A stretch of DNA of 32,000 bases. Source: Crocinitomicaceae bacterium. Lineage in GTDB: Bacteria > Bacteroidota > Bacteroidia > Flavobacteriales_D > Crocinitomicaceae. Positions 1-9,521 of the stretch are shown piece after piece. Under the pieces are notes generated by a model. It was not told the origin of the DNA and ran no database searches. It worked only from the letters and a program-made list of their open reading frames with translations. The stretch is taken from positions 1,643 through 33,642 of the forward strand of contig JAGQYP010000032.1 of the NCBI GenBank assembly GCA_020436025.1, given 5' to 3'. The position numbers were made by a program, and so were the translations under genes. Each line of letters starts with the position of its first letter. The first letter of the stretch is position 1.

Positions 1-727
1 CCTTTTGGAAATCACGATCAAAATCATCCATTTCTTCCAACATCATCCCAACAGAATCCACTGGATTTTTTCTTGCACTTGCGAAAACAAAAATATCGTT
101 TTGTAATCTTTTGAATCCGAAAGAAGCTGTACCTGCATTGATCGAACTATCCATTTCATTTACTTTTAGTCCATCATCTGTATTATTAGGATTTAAAGCA
201 AACTCACATGAAATGATTCGGTTCTCCGCTTTCTGTTGAATTGGGTGATCGGGATTATTCAACTCCGTTTTCACTCCTTCAAATTCTTTAATCGCCTCTT
301 CAAATTGATCACTTTTCATCAAAGAAACACCATAAAAATATTGAACATAAGGAAACTCATCCAACCTGTGTTCCATGGCAGACTTATACCAAACTACGGC
401 ATTTTTATAGTCCTTAGCCTCTCTATAAGCATCAGCTAATTTATTGATGGCTAGAACTTCCTTTTTTCCAGGATCTGATGGTGGCTTAATGGATCCATCT
501 TCTTGTTTCTCTGGTTTTTTATAGTAAGCAACTGTTTCAAAAGGCATGTATTCGGTACTTCCTCCTCCAGCTAATTTGTTTATCACCAAAGAATAATAAT
601 AAACTGCAGAAGTGTAGTGACCATTTTTCATGGCTTCATCTCCTAATTCAAACATCTTTTTATCGTTCTGACCAAAAGATGGAGCAATCAATAAGAATGC
701 AGCTATAATAAGTATGAATTTTCTCAT
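1..727 (-). CDS. N-terminal part of a secreted TPR / PD40(TolB-like)-repeat protein. It is probably the OmpA-family third member of the type-B T9SS cargo trio; the 3' end lies outside the window.
   Basis: Absent from the ORF track because it runs off the window edge. The reverse-strand ATG at 727-725 overlaps the PorP/SprF stop (ATGA). My translation is MRKFILIIAAFLLIAPSFGQNDKK..AYREAKDYKNAVVWYKSAMEH..YFYGVSLMKSDQFEEAIKEFEGV..SINAGTASFGF..DSVGMMLEEMDDFDRDFQK, open down to base 2. It has a signal peptide plus TPR-like helices, the same layout as the N-terminus of the complete OmpA-family ORF at 10945-12999. Confidence 0.6.
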   Translation of the reverse strand, partial: MRKFILIIAAFLLIAPSFGQNDKKMFELGDEAMKNGHYTSAVYYYSLVINKLAGGGSTEYMPFETVAYYKKPEKQEDGSIKPPSDPGKKEVLAINKLADAYREAKDYKNAVVWYKSAMEHRLDEFPYVQYFYGVSLMKSDQFEEAIKEFEGVKTELNNPDHPIQQKAENRIISCEFALNPNNTDDGLKVNEMDSSINAGTASFGFKRLQNDIFVFASARKNPVDSVGMMLEEMDDFDRDFQK

Positions 728-1728
728 AATCTTGGACAACTTGGAATAGGATTCGGATTTAATTTCTTGAAAATATAGGTAAGAGATACTTCTGTTCCTC
801 CTCTACCAGAAGTAGAAACATTCAATGTACTAAAGTTTACATCATAACTCAATCTAAACTCTAGACCTCTCCATTTTGCACCTAGATCAATCGCAAACGC
901 ATCTTTTGATCTAAAAGTTGGTCCAGCTAATAAGATCAAATCAGCATTTTTTAAGTAGAATTGACACATAATACTTGCCACAATCTCATTTGCTTTCTGC
1001 TGATGCTCGTACATCACCTTTGGCATCAATGAGAAAGTTTCCGTAATACCAATTCGAATTCCTGCGTTGGCTACATATCTTAACGGCAACTTATTATTTT
1101 CTCCATAAAATGTTTCTTTAGGTACGTTTAAGTGATAAACAGAAACCCCCACAAATGGATTAATTCTTGAAGCCTGATTAGAGTAGTAATAGGTCAAACC
1201 TACACCACAATCAAAATTAATCGCAAAGTTATTGTCGAAAGTTTCCCCGTTTGGAATTCCTGGATCAAACATTCCTCCGTTCGCATTGGCAATATACTGT
1301 TGTCCAAAAGAGAGCTTACCAAAGTTGATACTTTTCGTAAAGAAACCTGCCTGTAATCCAATAGAAATATTGTGATGTTTTTTCTTATCCATTGCCACCT
1401 TGTAGGCTCCAAATAACATCAATTGGAATTCATTATAAGATCCAGTACCAGCGTTATAGTTCGCAATGGAAGCTCCAAATGAAAATCCTTTTTTGATGGG
1501 CATATCGAAACTGATATAACCTGTTTGAAAAGGCTTGTTTACAATCGCTTGCCATTGTGTACGGTAATGACCGTGAATTCTGAAATTTCCATTAAACAAT
1601 CCTGTTAGTGAAGGATTCAAATTTAATGGAGCAGCATCAAATTGAGAAAGGTGGAAATCCTGAGAATAACCCCTCCCCGTTAATAGCAATATGCTGCACG
1701 TTAAAATAAATACTAGCTTTTTATGCAT
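724..1728 (-). CDS. PorP/SprF-family type IX secretion system outer-membrane protein
   Basis: 334 aa with a signal peptide. The N-terminal hallmark 'QDFHLSQFDAAPLNLNPSLTG' matches the PorP/SprF signature (QD.HFSQY...P..LNPA.TG). Beta-barrel-like composition and a C-terminal aromatic-rich end. It lies directly downstream of a type-B CTD cargo gene. Confidence 0.9.
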   Translation of the reverse strand: MHKKLVFILTCSILLLTGRGYSQDFHLSQFDAAPLNLNPSLTGLFNGNFRIHGHYRTQWQAIVNKPFQTGYISFDMPIKKGFSFGASIANYNAGTGSYNEFQLMLFGAYKVAMDKKKHHNISIGLQAGFFTKSINFGKLSFGQQYIANANGGMFDPGIPNGETFDNNFAINFDCGVGLTYYYSNQASRINPFVGVSVYHLNVPKETFYGENNKLPLRYVANAGIRIGITETFSLMPKVMYEHQQKANEIVASIMCQFYLKNADLILLAGPTFRSKDAFAIDLGAKWRGLEFRLSYDVNFSTLNVSTSGRGGTEVSLTYIFKKLNPNPIPSCPRL

Positions 1729-1744
1729 TAGAGTAAATAGTAAA

Positions 1745-4700
1745 TTATCGAATTAATGTAACATCACCTTTCAGAGTGAATTCCTGATCATCATGTGCAA
1801 CTACACGTGCTGTCCAGACATAGACTCCAATTGGTTGTTCTGCTCCTTTATACATTCCATCCCATCCATCTTGAATATTGTTGGATTGGTAAATTCTTTC
1901 ACCCCAGTTGTTGTAAACAACAAACTCAAATTCCTTGTAAGGGCCACCATAAACAAATAATCTATCGTTGTTCCCATCTCCGTTAGGCGAGAACCCTGTA
2001 GGCACTACCGGAGGAACAAAAATAACCACATTGTTATAGGCTGTATCGATACACCCATTTTCATCTGTTACCACCATCATTACCTGATAATTCCATCCTT
2101 CAGCATATTGGTGAATTGAAACAACAGAATCGGTTCCAGAATTTCCATCGTTGTAATCCCAATACCAATCTACAATTGGGAAATTGGACTGGCTAATATC
2201 CGTAAACGTAATATCCGTTTGAATACCTGCAGAAGTTGGATTTACAGTAAACGCTGCATCTGGTCCAGGATATATATCGTAATTCTTAGTAATAGTATCT
2301 GTACAACCAAAGTCAGAAATAACGATCAAGGTTACATTGTAATTTCCAGGTGCACTGTATTGATGCAATGGGTTCTCCTCAGTAGATGTAAAACCATCTC
2401 CAAAATCCCACATCCATGAATTCACTACTCCATTCAATTGAACAGTTGAGTCAAGGTATTGCGTTCCTCCATTAAAACATGGTGTTGAAGGACCAAAATC
2501 AATGTCTGGAAGGTACTGTACAATTACAGTATCAATCACCGTATCCTTACATCCATTTTGAGAAGTCACGATTAATTCCACTGGCCAGAAACCTCCATCT
2601 GAAAAGATATGAGAAGGATTCATTGCAGTTGAAGTTTGACCTGCTTCGAAAGTCCAATCATAAGAAGCAATTGGATCCTGAGAAGTAGATGTATTCGTAA
2701 AATCTGTAGCAAATTCCTGACATACTTCGGTTGAAGTAAAGCTAGCTTGTGGAGAGGCCAAAATAACAACATTCACTGTATCATACTGTACCTGACAACC
2801 TCCATTATTGATCGAACTGAAGTAAATAGAAACACTTCCATTCGACTCATCATTGGATCCAGGAACATAAGTTACTACATTTCCTGTATCTGAAGGGTTA
2901 AAGACTCCATCTCCTGATGTCAACCAAACACCACTTCCTGTAGTAGATTGTCCGTCCAAATCAATTGGATAACCCGTACATATTGAATCTACAGATAGAA
3001 TATCTACCGTCGGTGGCAGGAAGAATATGATTTGCATGGAATCCGTACCCGCTATACAGTTCCCATTGTTGGTGGTAGTAGCATAAATCCAAACCGATCC
3101 TGCAGTTGTATCTGCTGTTCCCGGATAATAAACAGTTGAATCTGCAAATGCATCATCAAAACTTCCGTCACCAGCGGTTGTCCATTCTACACCACCTGCA
3201 TACTGAATTGTACTTACCACAGGCACATATGAAGAATCCTGACAAACAGATTGGTTACTACCAGCATCAACCACCGGACCAGGAACATAGACAATATTAA
3301 GTGTATCTACTTGTGCTGGACAAAATCCATTTCCTTGAGTGGTTAGAATCAATTGCGAAGACCCCGCATTCGTTTCACTTGTATCTGGATCGTATTGTAC
3401 ATTTAAGAAGTTGTTACCAGGAGTGAAGGTACCACCTGATCCAACCCAAATACCTCCGGCAGCACCACTAACGATTCCACTTAGGTTGATCACAGGGTTA
3501 TTAAAACATGCATTTGTATCCGGTCCAACACTTACCATTGGCAGTGGTTGAGCATAAATATCGTGCATAACAGTATCCAAACATCCAACACTACTTTCTA
3601 CGACCAAAGTAACCGTGAAATCTCCTCCAGCTGTATAGGTATGCGAAGGATCTGGAATAATAGCAGTTCCCGCATCTCCGAAGTTATAATACCAATTTGT
3701 AATCGTCGCATTTGACTCTACCGTTGAAGCATCTTGGAAATTGAAAATATCAACTACACAAGCAGAGTCATTATAAGTAAATTGCGCATTTACATCTGAA
3801 ATTGGAATTGTATAATAAGCCGTATCCGCACAGTTTGTTCCCTTTTGAGCAATCAGAGTAACAGGATAATTCCCGAAACCTGGATACGTAAAAGAAGGAT
3901 TATCTAAAATCGAAGTATCCGCAGGGTTTCCAGTACCGAAATCCCACCAAAAATCATTAGCCCCTGCACCCGATTCATTCACAAATTGAACTGCAGTTCC
4001 ACCACATCCAACAACAGGACCAATTCCAGCATTTTGAGGTGGAGGACATACCACGACATTAAACTGGAAGTCTCTTACGATTTCTCCAATTTTAACTCCG
4101 TCTCTAAATTCTTCAACTTTCACTCCGACAACGTACTGACCAACAATTCTTGGAATACCGTGCAGAATCCCAGTAGGTTCCAACCACAAAGTATCATTTG
4201 GAAAGGCGGCTCCGTTCAATGGATTATTGACAGTATACCCGGCGTAATAGGATACCGTTGGATAAGTAATATTATAAGGTGCATTTCCATTATTTACTAT
4301 AGTAGGAAATACTGAAGCAGCACAATGTCCTCCTGACCCCCAAGGTAAACCATCATAAGGATGGTACAAACTATAAACCAAGGAATCCCCATCGGCATCA
4401 GTGGCAGAGTTATCAAAATCCAAATCCGTGGCTGCACAAACAAACACTGGAGGGAAGTTTGCAAACACAGGACTTGAATTGGTTAACAAAAGTGCTGTAT
4501 TTGGGATATAGGTATTAAAGGTTTCCCCTGCTTGGTTTGCAGTAGCTACCACATTATCTAATGTAAAGTTTCTTGCATTGGTTCTATAAAACAAATGATA
4601 TCCTTCAGAACGTGGTGGTAATGAAACCACCGAAGAATATAAAGCCTCTTCAACGCAAATACCAGGATCAAATGCACAAGTATCAATTGGAGGATTCAAT

Positions 4701-4999
4701 GTATCCCGTCCAATTCGAGGCATGATAAAATCAAGTGTATTGTTGGCACAAGCAGGAAGTGTACCATCTCCCAACCTCACCTCAATACGAGCAGTGTTAT
4801 CAAAATCCACAGGAGTAATCCAAGTTCCTGAACCTGGATCAAAATAAGAAGATCTACAGTCTTTATATAGTCTTAAGGTTACCCTAAATGAGGATCCTCC
4901 AAGGTGTTCATAAGTCAAGTTCCCACCTACGATATGGGTCGCAAATGAATTCAATACAAAGAGTACCGACAAAAGTGCTAACGATATTTTGAGTTTCAT
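1745..4999 (-). CDS. Large secreted PKD-repeat adhesin with a T9SS type-B (gliding-motility-associated, CHU_C-type) C-terminal sorting domain
   Basis: 1084 aa with a signal peptide. There are about six PKD-like modules (WWDFGTGN, YNFGDAG, WTFEAGQ, WMWDFGDG, WYWDYNDGN). The C-terminus 'PTGFSPNGDGNNDRLFV..YNNWGERIY......WDG.YKG...P.GVYVW...........KGDVTLIR' is the type-B CTD signature. Confidence 0.9.
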   Translation of the reverse strand: MKLKISLALLSVLFVLNSFATHIVGGNLTYEHLGGSSFRVTLRLYKDCRSSYFDPGSGTWITPVDFDNTARIEVRLGDGTLPACANNTLDFIMPRIGRDTLNPPIDTCAFDPGICVEEALYSSVVSLPPRSEGYHLFYRTNARNFTLDNVVATANQAGETFNTYIPNTALLLTNSSPVFANFPPVFVCAATDLDFDNSATDADGDSLVYSLYHPYDGLPWGSGGHCAASVFPTIVNNGNAPYNITYPTVSYYAGYTVNNPLNGAAFPNDTLWLEPTGILHGIPRIVGQYVVGVKVEEFRDGVKIGEIVRDFQFNVVVCPPPQNAGIGPVVGCGGTAVQFVNESGAGANDFWWDFGTGNPADTSILDNPSFTYPGFGNYPVTLIAQKGTNCADTAYYTIPISDVNAQFTYNDSACVVDIFNFQDASTVESNATITNWYYNFGDAGTAIIPDPSHTYTAGGDFTVTLVVESSVGCLDTVMHDIYAQPLPMVSVGPDTNACFNNPVINLSGIVSGAAGGIWVGSGGTFTPGNNFLNVQYDPDTSETNAGSSQLILTTQGNGFCPAQVDTLNIVYVPGPVVDAGSNQSVCQDSSYVPVVSTIQYAGGVEWTTAGDGSFDDAFADSTVYYPGTADTTAGSVWIYATTTNNGNCIAGTDSMQIIFFLPPTVDILSVDSICTGYPIDLDGQSTTGSGVWLTSGDGVFNPSDTGNVVTYVPGSNDESNGSVSIYFSSINNGGCQVQYDTVNVVILASPQASFTSTEVCQEFATDFTNTSTSQDPIASYDWTFEAGQTSTAMNPSHIFSDGGFWPVELIVTSQNGCKDTVIDTVIVQYLPDIDFGPSTPCFNGGTQYLDSTVQLNGVVNSWMWDFGDGFTSTEENPLHQYSAPGNYNVTLIVISDFGCTDTITKNYDIYPGPDAAFTVNPTSAGIQTDITFTDISQSNFPIVDWYWDYNDGNSGTDSVVSIHQYAEGWNYQVMMVVTDENGCIDTAYNNVVIFVPPVVPTGFSPNGDGNNDRLFVYGGPYKEFEFVVYNNWGERIYQSNNIQDGWDGMYKGAEQPIGVYVWTARVVAHDDQEFTLKGDVTLIR

Positions 5000-5019
5000 A
5001 GAGTTTTAGATTTGCGTTG

Positions 5020-5027
5020 CAAAATTA
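5020..5027 (-). promoter_or_regulatory. Candidate Bacteroidota -7 promoter box (TAATTTTG on the minus strand) for the adhesin operon
   Basis: The plus strand reads caaaatta, whose reverse complement TAATTTTG matches TAnnTTTG. It lies 20 nt upstream of the ATG at 4999. The 8-mer is short in an AT-rich genome, so chance occurrence is possible. Confidence 0.4.
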
Positions 5028-5131
5028 AGAATTCTTTTTGTAAAAACGTATTTATCGCTGAAAAGGTTGAGTTTATAGAACAAAAAATCGACTTTATCCT
5101 AAAAAAAATTATTTTTAATAAACCTTTTGAC

Positions 5132-5139
5132 TAATTTTG
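5132..5139 (+). promoter_or_regulatory. Candidate -7 promoter box (TAATTTTG) for the SBBP-repeat T9SS cargo gene
   Basis: Exact match to TAnnTTTG, 28 nt upstream of the first in-frame ATG (5168). Confidence 0.4.
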
Positions 5140-5167
5140 TCGTCTGAATCTATTGAATGTAAATCCA

Positions 5168-7699
5168 ATGCTCTCTATGCTTAGAATGAATTATTTAATC
5201 CTTGTTGTTAGTATTTGCTGTTACTCTATTGGTTTCGGACAAATCAATATCCAGTGGCAAAACAGTTATGATAATACAGCCCAGATCGATCAATCTGTCG
5301 GAATAGTCGTTGACAATTCTGGGAATTCTTATGTAACCGGATCTTCATGGAATGGAACCGATTACGATATGGTTACTGTGAAATATGATCCAAATGGTGT
5401 TGAGGCATGGGTAGCTACTTACGATGGCTTAAACAATTTTGTTGATGAAGCGACCGGTATCGCAATTGATAAAAATGGATTTATTTATGTCACCGGACAC
5501 TCCAATACCGCTGGTGCGACAGATTATGATATCGTAACTATTAAATATGACCCTGCAAATGGGAATGAATTGTGGAGTCAGGAGTATACAGGAACCTCTA
5601 ATTATGACCAGTCAGGTGCAATTGCTACGGATACTTTAGGGAATATTTATGTAGTTGGAACATTGGAAGCAGGAGCTGGAGACAATGATGTTGTGCTTTT
5701 AAAATACAATTCGGCTGGTACTCTTGTTTGGAATGATACTTATAATAACGGAATAACAGGAATTCACTTTGGTAGAAATCTCACTGTTGATCCTCAAGGA
5801 AATGTATATGTTTTAGCAGAAGTTGAATCCAATTCCAATTTTCAAGATGTTGCGGTATTAAAATATTTGTACACAAGTACGGGAAATCCAACTTGGACAC
5901 AAACTTACGATGCAGATGGAAATTCAGACCAACCCGAAGATATCTTTGTTGATGGAAATGGAACAGTTTACGTAACAGGGGGAGCTTATACTTCTAATTT
6001 GGCTTCAAAACAAGATTACTATACCATTAAAATCAATGGAACGAATGGAGCTGAAATCTGGAGTAAATTGTATAATGGAGACGGAGATGATACCGATATT
6101 GCTAATTCAGTAATTGCAGATGACAATAATGGATTTGTTTACATCACTGGACAATCTTTAGGGAATGGAACTGCACAGGATTTCGCTACCATCGCGTATG
6201 ACGCAAATGGAATCCAAAAATGGGTGTACCGCTATGCTTCTCCTGGCACTGGATATGATGTTGGAGCCAAATTGATCCTCTCAGATATGGGAGACATTTA
6301 TGCATCTGGTACAAGTTATTTATCCGCAAGTAACAATGATTACCTTACATTGAAGTTTGATTCTCTAGGAAACAAATTATGGGAAACCAGATTTAATGGT
6401 CCTGCTAGTGGAGCGGACAATGCGATTGACATGTGGGTAGATGCCGGACAAAATATTTACATCACCGGAAAATCAAAAGCAGCAGCTACAAATTTTGATT
6501 ATAGAACTATCAAATATTGTCAGTTAACTACAGATGCAGGTGTTGATACTTCCATCTGTTTTGGTGATGCAGTTCAGTTAAATGCCTCTGGAGGAAGTAA
6601 TTTCATGTGGTCTGTTTATCAAGGAAACCCAATTACTGGCGCTAATTTCTCCTGTACAAACTGCGCTAATCCAGTAGCTTCTCCTGACTCCACCACTATT
6701 TATGTGGTAAGTTCAGAAAGTGGATCGGGATGTGTGGATTACGATACTGTAGTTGTAACAATTAACCCGCTACCAGGTCCATCAATCTACAATGACACAC
6801 CACTTGATTTCTGTATTGGAGATTCAGTTATTCTATACACAGATCCTACTTCGGGCTATACATGGAGTACAGGTTCTGATTCTATTTCTACGGTGGCTTA
6901 TACTTCGGGTAATTACAGTCTGACTGTTGTTGATACCATGGGATGCAACAATTCAACTCAAGTAACAGTTACTGCCTATTCGCTTCCAACCATTTCAGGC
7001 GGAATCGATACGTCACTTTGTAATGGAGACACAATTCAGTTAATGCCTAACGGTGGAATATCCTATGTATGGATGGATGAGCCTTCTATGTCAGACTCAA
7101 CCGTAATGGATCCTTTAGTTTGGCCAAGTTCAAGCATTACTTACACAGTAATCGGTACAGATGTAAATGGATGTTCAGATACTGGTTATGTTGATGTAGT
7201 GGTACATGCATTGCCAACACCTCCAAATATTACTATTGTAGGAAACGATTTACTTTCAAGTTATACAGTTGGAAACCAATGGATTTTAAATGGAGTTGAT
7301 TTAGCGGGTGAGACAGGATTTACTGTAACTCCTGGAGATTATGGTCCAAACGGAAACGGCTATTACTGGATTCTTTATACAGATAATAATGGTTGTCAAA
7401 GTTTATCGGACTCCGTTTTAATCGACACCTTATCTCTTTCCGAATTTGATTTAGGTGATGAGATCACTGCTTATCCAAATCCAGTTCAGGGAGAATTGAT
7501 ATTAAATTTTGAATCTGCAAAAGAAATTTCTGCAATTCGAGTTGTAAGTCCTAATGGTAGCTTGGTATACAACAAACAATTAGATCAACAAATTATAGGT
7601 CATTATAGAATTGATTTTGCTGATTTACCGAAAGGAATTTACTTGGTTCAAATTATATCGACTCAAGGAATTGCGGCAAAACGCATTATAAAAGAATAG
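5168..7699 (+). CDS. Secreted SBBP (beta-propeller) repeat protein with Cys-rich Ig-like modules and a T9SS type-A (Por_Secre_tail) C-terminal sorting domain
   Basis: The ORF track starts at TTG 5153. I prefer the in-frame ATG at 5168 (MLSMLRMNYLILVVSICCYSIGFGQ, a signal peptide). There are about eight repeats of the form 'DYD.VT.KYD..G...W' (SBBP type), then repeated 'C.GD...L.A.GG' modules. The C-terminus 'ITAYPNPVQGELILNFES...GIYLVQIISTQGIAAKRIIKE' is a type-A CTD. Confidence 0.85.
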   Translation: MLSMLRMNYLILVVSICCYSIGFGQINIQWQNSYDNTAQIDQSVGIVVDNSGNSYVTGSSWNGTDYDMVTVKYDPNGVEAWVATYDGLNNFVDEATGIAIDKNGFIYVTGHSNTAGATDYDIVTIKYDPANGNELWSQEYTGTSNYDQSGAIATDTLGNIYVVGTLEAGAGDNDVVLLKYNSAGTLVWNDTYNNGITGIHFGRNLTVDPQGNVYVLAEVESNSNFQDVAVLKYLYTSTGNPTWTQTYDADGNSDQPEDIFVDGNGTVYVTGGAYTSNLASKQDYYTIKINGTNGAEIWSKLYNGDGDDTDIANSVIADDNNGFVYITGQSLGNGTAQDFATIAYDANGIQKWVYRYASPGTGYDVGAKLILSDMGDIYASGTSYLSASNNDYLTLKFDSLGNKLWETRFNGPASGADNAIDMWVDAGQNIYITGKSKAAATNFDYRTIKYCQLTTDAGVDTSICFGDAVQLNASGGSNFMWSVYQGNPITGANFSCTNCANPVASPDSTTIYVVSSESGSGCVDYDTVVVTINPLPGPSIYNDTPLDFCIGDSVILYTDPTSGYTWSTGSDSISTVAYTSGNYSLTVVDTMGCNNSTQVTVTAYSLPTISGGIDTSLCNGDTIQLMPNGGISYVWMDEPSMSDSTVMDPLVWPSSSITYTVIGTDVNGCSDTGYVDVVVHALPTPPNITIVGNDLLSSYTVGNQWILNGVDLAGETGFTVTPGDYGPNGNGYYWILYTDNNGCQSLSDSVLIDTLSLSEFDLGDEITAYPNPVQGELILNFESAKEISAIRVVSPNGSLVYNKQLDQQIIGHYRIDFADLPKGIYLVQIISTQGIAAKRIIKE

Positions 7700-7760
7700 C
7701 TTATTTTGATCCAACTCTGTTTGGGAAAAATAAGATAGAATAATCGAAAACTTGGAAGAA

Positions 7761-7785
7761 GGGCTGAATTGACAGCCCTTTTTTT
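7761..7785 (+). terminator. Intrinsic terminator downstream of the type-A cargo gene
   Basis: GGGCTG (7761-66), loop aattga, CAGCCC (7773-78), followed by T7 (7779-85). Confidence 0.65.
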
Positions 7786-7789
7786 ATTT

Positions 7790-7797
7790 TATATTTG
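7790..7797 (+). promoter_or_regulatory. Candidate -7 box (TATATTTG), with a TTG 18 nt upstream (7769-71)
   Basis: Matches TAnnTTTG, 17 nt before the ATG at 7815. The upstream TTG sits at roughly -33 spacing. Confidence 0.45.
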
Positions 7798-7814
7798 TCA
7801 AAAATAATTGAACC

Positions 7815-8093
7815 ATGATCAGAAGTCTTTTTTTTCTTTCCTGTTTTGTTTTCTTCTACTCTTGCTCATTGGAAAATGAGAAAAAGCCTAAATCCCCTAC
7901 TCTTTATGGCGCTGAATTTTGTGAATGCGTAGTCAAAAATAATCTAGACGACAGCAACTGCATGCATATCATTCAGGAAATCAAAGAAGTTTATGGTGCA
8001 GAAAACAAGGAGGCAGAAGCAGAATTTAAGGCTGCGGTTAAAAAATGTGTACGCAACAAAACCTACCAAAAAGCACAAGAAAACCAAGACTAA
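7815..8093 (+). CDS. Small hypothetical lipoprotein (92 aa) with four mature-chain cysteines
   Basis: Lipobox-like signal 'LFFLSCFVFFYSC'. The mature part is charged and helical with cysteines (C.C...C....C). No family recognised. Confidence 0.55.
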   Translation: MIRSLFFLSCFVFFYSCSLENEKKPKSPTLYGAEFCECVVKNNLDDSNCMHIIQEIKEVYGAENKEAEAEFKAAVKKCVRNKTYQKAQENQD

Positions 8094-8114
8094 CAAACCA
8101 AATTTGAATTTCAG

Positions 8115-8876
8115 ATGGAGATTACATTTTTAGGCACAGGCACTTCTCAGGGCGTACCGGTAATTGGATGTGATTGCGAGGTTTGCACTTCATCCAATCC
8201 AAAAGATAATCGACTTCGTAGTTCTATTTTGATCGAATTCGAAGGGAAAAACATCTGTATCGATTCAGGACCTGATTTCAGACAACAAATGCTGAGGGAA
8301 GATGTGCAGAAATTAGATGCCATTCTTTATACACACGAGCACAAAGATCATATTGCGGGTACGGACGACATCAGAGCCTTTAATTTCAAGCAAAAGCACC
8401 CGATGCCTATGTACTGTTCCCAAAGAGTTTTGGAAGGATTCAAAAAAGAGTTTCATTATGTTTTTTCTGGAAACAATTATCCAGGAATCCCACAATTCAA
8501 TATTCAGCTCATAGATAAAGAGCCTTTTCATTTTGCAGGAATTGAGATCATCCCAATTGAGGTGATGCACTATAAATTGCCTGTTACAGCGTTTCGCATT
8601 AAGGATTTTACATATATCACGGATGCAAACTATGTTTCAGATGAAGAATTCGAAAAAATCAAAGGAACTAAAGTTTTGGTTCTGAATGCGCTCAGAAAAA
8701 CCCAACACATTTCTCACTTTTCTTTAAACGAAGCACTAGAGTTTATTGATAGAGTCAATCCTGAAAGAGCTTATTTGACTCATATCAGCCATTATTTAGG
8801 TTTGCACGACAAAGAAGAACTTGACTTACCTCACAATGTATTTTTAGCCTACGACGGCTTACATTTTATGGTCTGA
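8115..8876 (+). CDS. MBL-fold metallo-hydrolase (PhnP-like beta-lactamase superfamily)
   Basis: 253 aa. Contains the H.H.DH motif 'YTHEHKDHIAG', an N-terminal 'ITFLGTGTSQGVP', and a CDCEVC cysteine cluster. Confidence 0.85.
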   Translation: MEITFLGTGTSQGVPVIGCDCEVCTSSNPKDNRLRSSILIEFEGKNICIDSGPDFRQQMLREDVQKLDAILYTHEHKDHIAGTDDIRAFNFKQKHPMPMYCSQRVLEGFKKEFHYVFSGNNYPGIPQFNIQLIDKEPFHFAGIEIIPIEVMHYKLPVTAFRIKDFTYITDANYVSDEEFEKIKGTKVLVLNALRKTQHISHFSLNEALEFIDRVNPERAYLTHISHYLGLHDKEELDLPHNVFLAYDGLHFMV

Positions 8877-9521
8877 TTATTTCGATTCGCTTTTCGCTTT
8901 CTCTAATCTTTCTTTCGTCGCTTTTCTGTATTGACCCGAATAGGCAATTCCGAATTTGATATTCACGTTTGTTAGAGAATTGTAATGGTTGTTTTTGTAA
9001 AAAGCCTGATTGAATCCACCTGAAAGAAAAAAGGCTAATCCATCTGGCTTAGGAAGGTGAAAAAGAAATCCAATTTCGGGAGTGTAGCCAAATCCCCAAC
9101 CATGTTTGTTGAAAGTGAGATCACCTACTTTCTTATAATCCTGGACAAAGGAAGCTCCAAATTTTATCCCAAAATAAGGCTTGATTAATATTTGAGTAGG
9201 AATGTAAAAATGCAATTGAAAATGAAAATCAGATTGATACAAATAATTCCATTGTTCTGCAGTTATTGCATTATTATCCCAATAATAGGTATCCATGGGG
9301 ATATGCTCATAAAAACTAGACCAACCTAAATTAAGTCCAAATGAAAACCAATCCGTTTTGAAATAGCGAAAATCAACTTCAGCACCTACGAATGAAATTG
9401 GGGAAATATGCTCCTTAAAACTCAAAAGCGGGATGCTCATTTTGTAGCTTGCACCAGCAAAATAGCTCTGACCTATTGCCAAATTACTAAGAAAACAAAA
9501 TATGAGAATCCACTTTTTCAT
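8877..9521 (-). CDS. Hypothetical outer-membrane beta-barrel protein with a charged C-terminal tail
   Basis: Signal peptide MKKWILIFCFLSNLAIGQ. Alternating aromatic/Gly-rich strands (FGLNLGW, FGIKFGASF, GFGYTPEIGF). The last strand 'NIKFGIAY' is followed by 'SGQYRKATKERLEKAKSESK'. Its ATG abuts the stop of the upstream lipoprotein gene. Confidence 0.55.
   Translation of the reverse strand: MKKWILIFCFLSNLAIGQSYFAGASYKMSIPLLSFKEHISPISFVGAEVDFRYFKTDWFSFGLNLGWSSFYEHIPMDTYYWDNNAITAEQWNYLYQSDFHFQLHFYIPTQILIKPYFGIKFGASFVQDYKKVGDLTFNKHGWGFGYTPEIGFLFHLPKPDGLAFFLSGGFNQAFYKNNHYNSLTNVNIKFGIAYSGQYRKATKERLEKAKSESK

Noticed and set aside
236-439. 67-aa plus-strand ORF from the track
   Set aside because: It lies antisense inside the well-behaved minus-strand TPR/PD40 gene (1-727). 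Its peptide is low-complexity and Ile/Phe-rich as expected from AT-rich antisense sequence, with no promoter or family signal.
1795-4315. Seven plus-strand ORFs (63-109 aa), plus the 1200-1412 minus-strand alternative-frame ORF
   Set aside because: All are nested within or antisense to the adhesin and PorP/SprF genes, whose own frames carry strong family signatures. The nested peptides have no recognisable features.
8313-8570. 85-aa (-) and 65-aa (+) ORFs inside the MBL hydrolase gene
   Set aside because: They overlap a gene with clear H.H.DH motifs and show no independent support.
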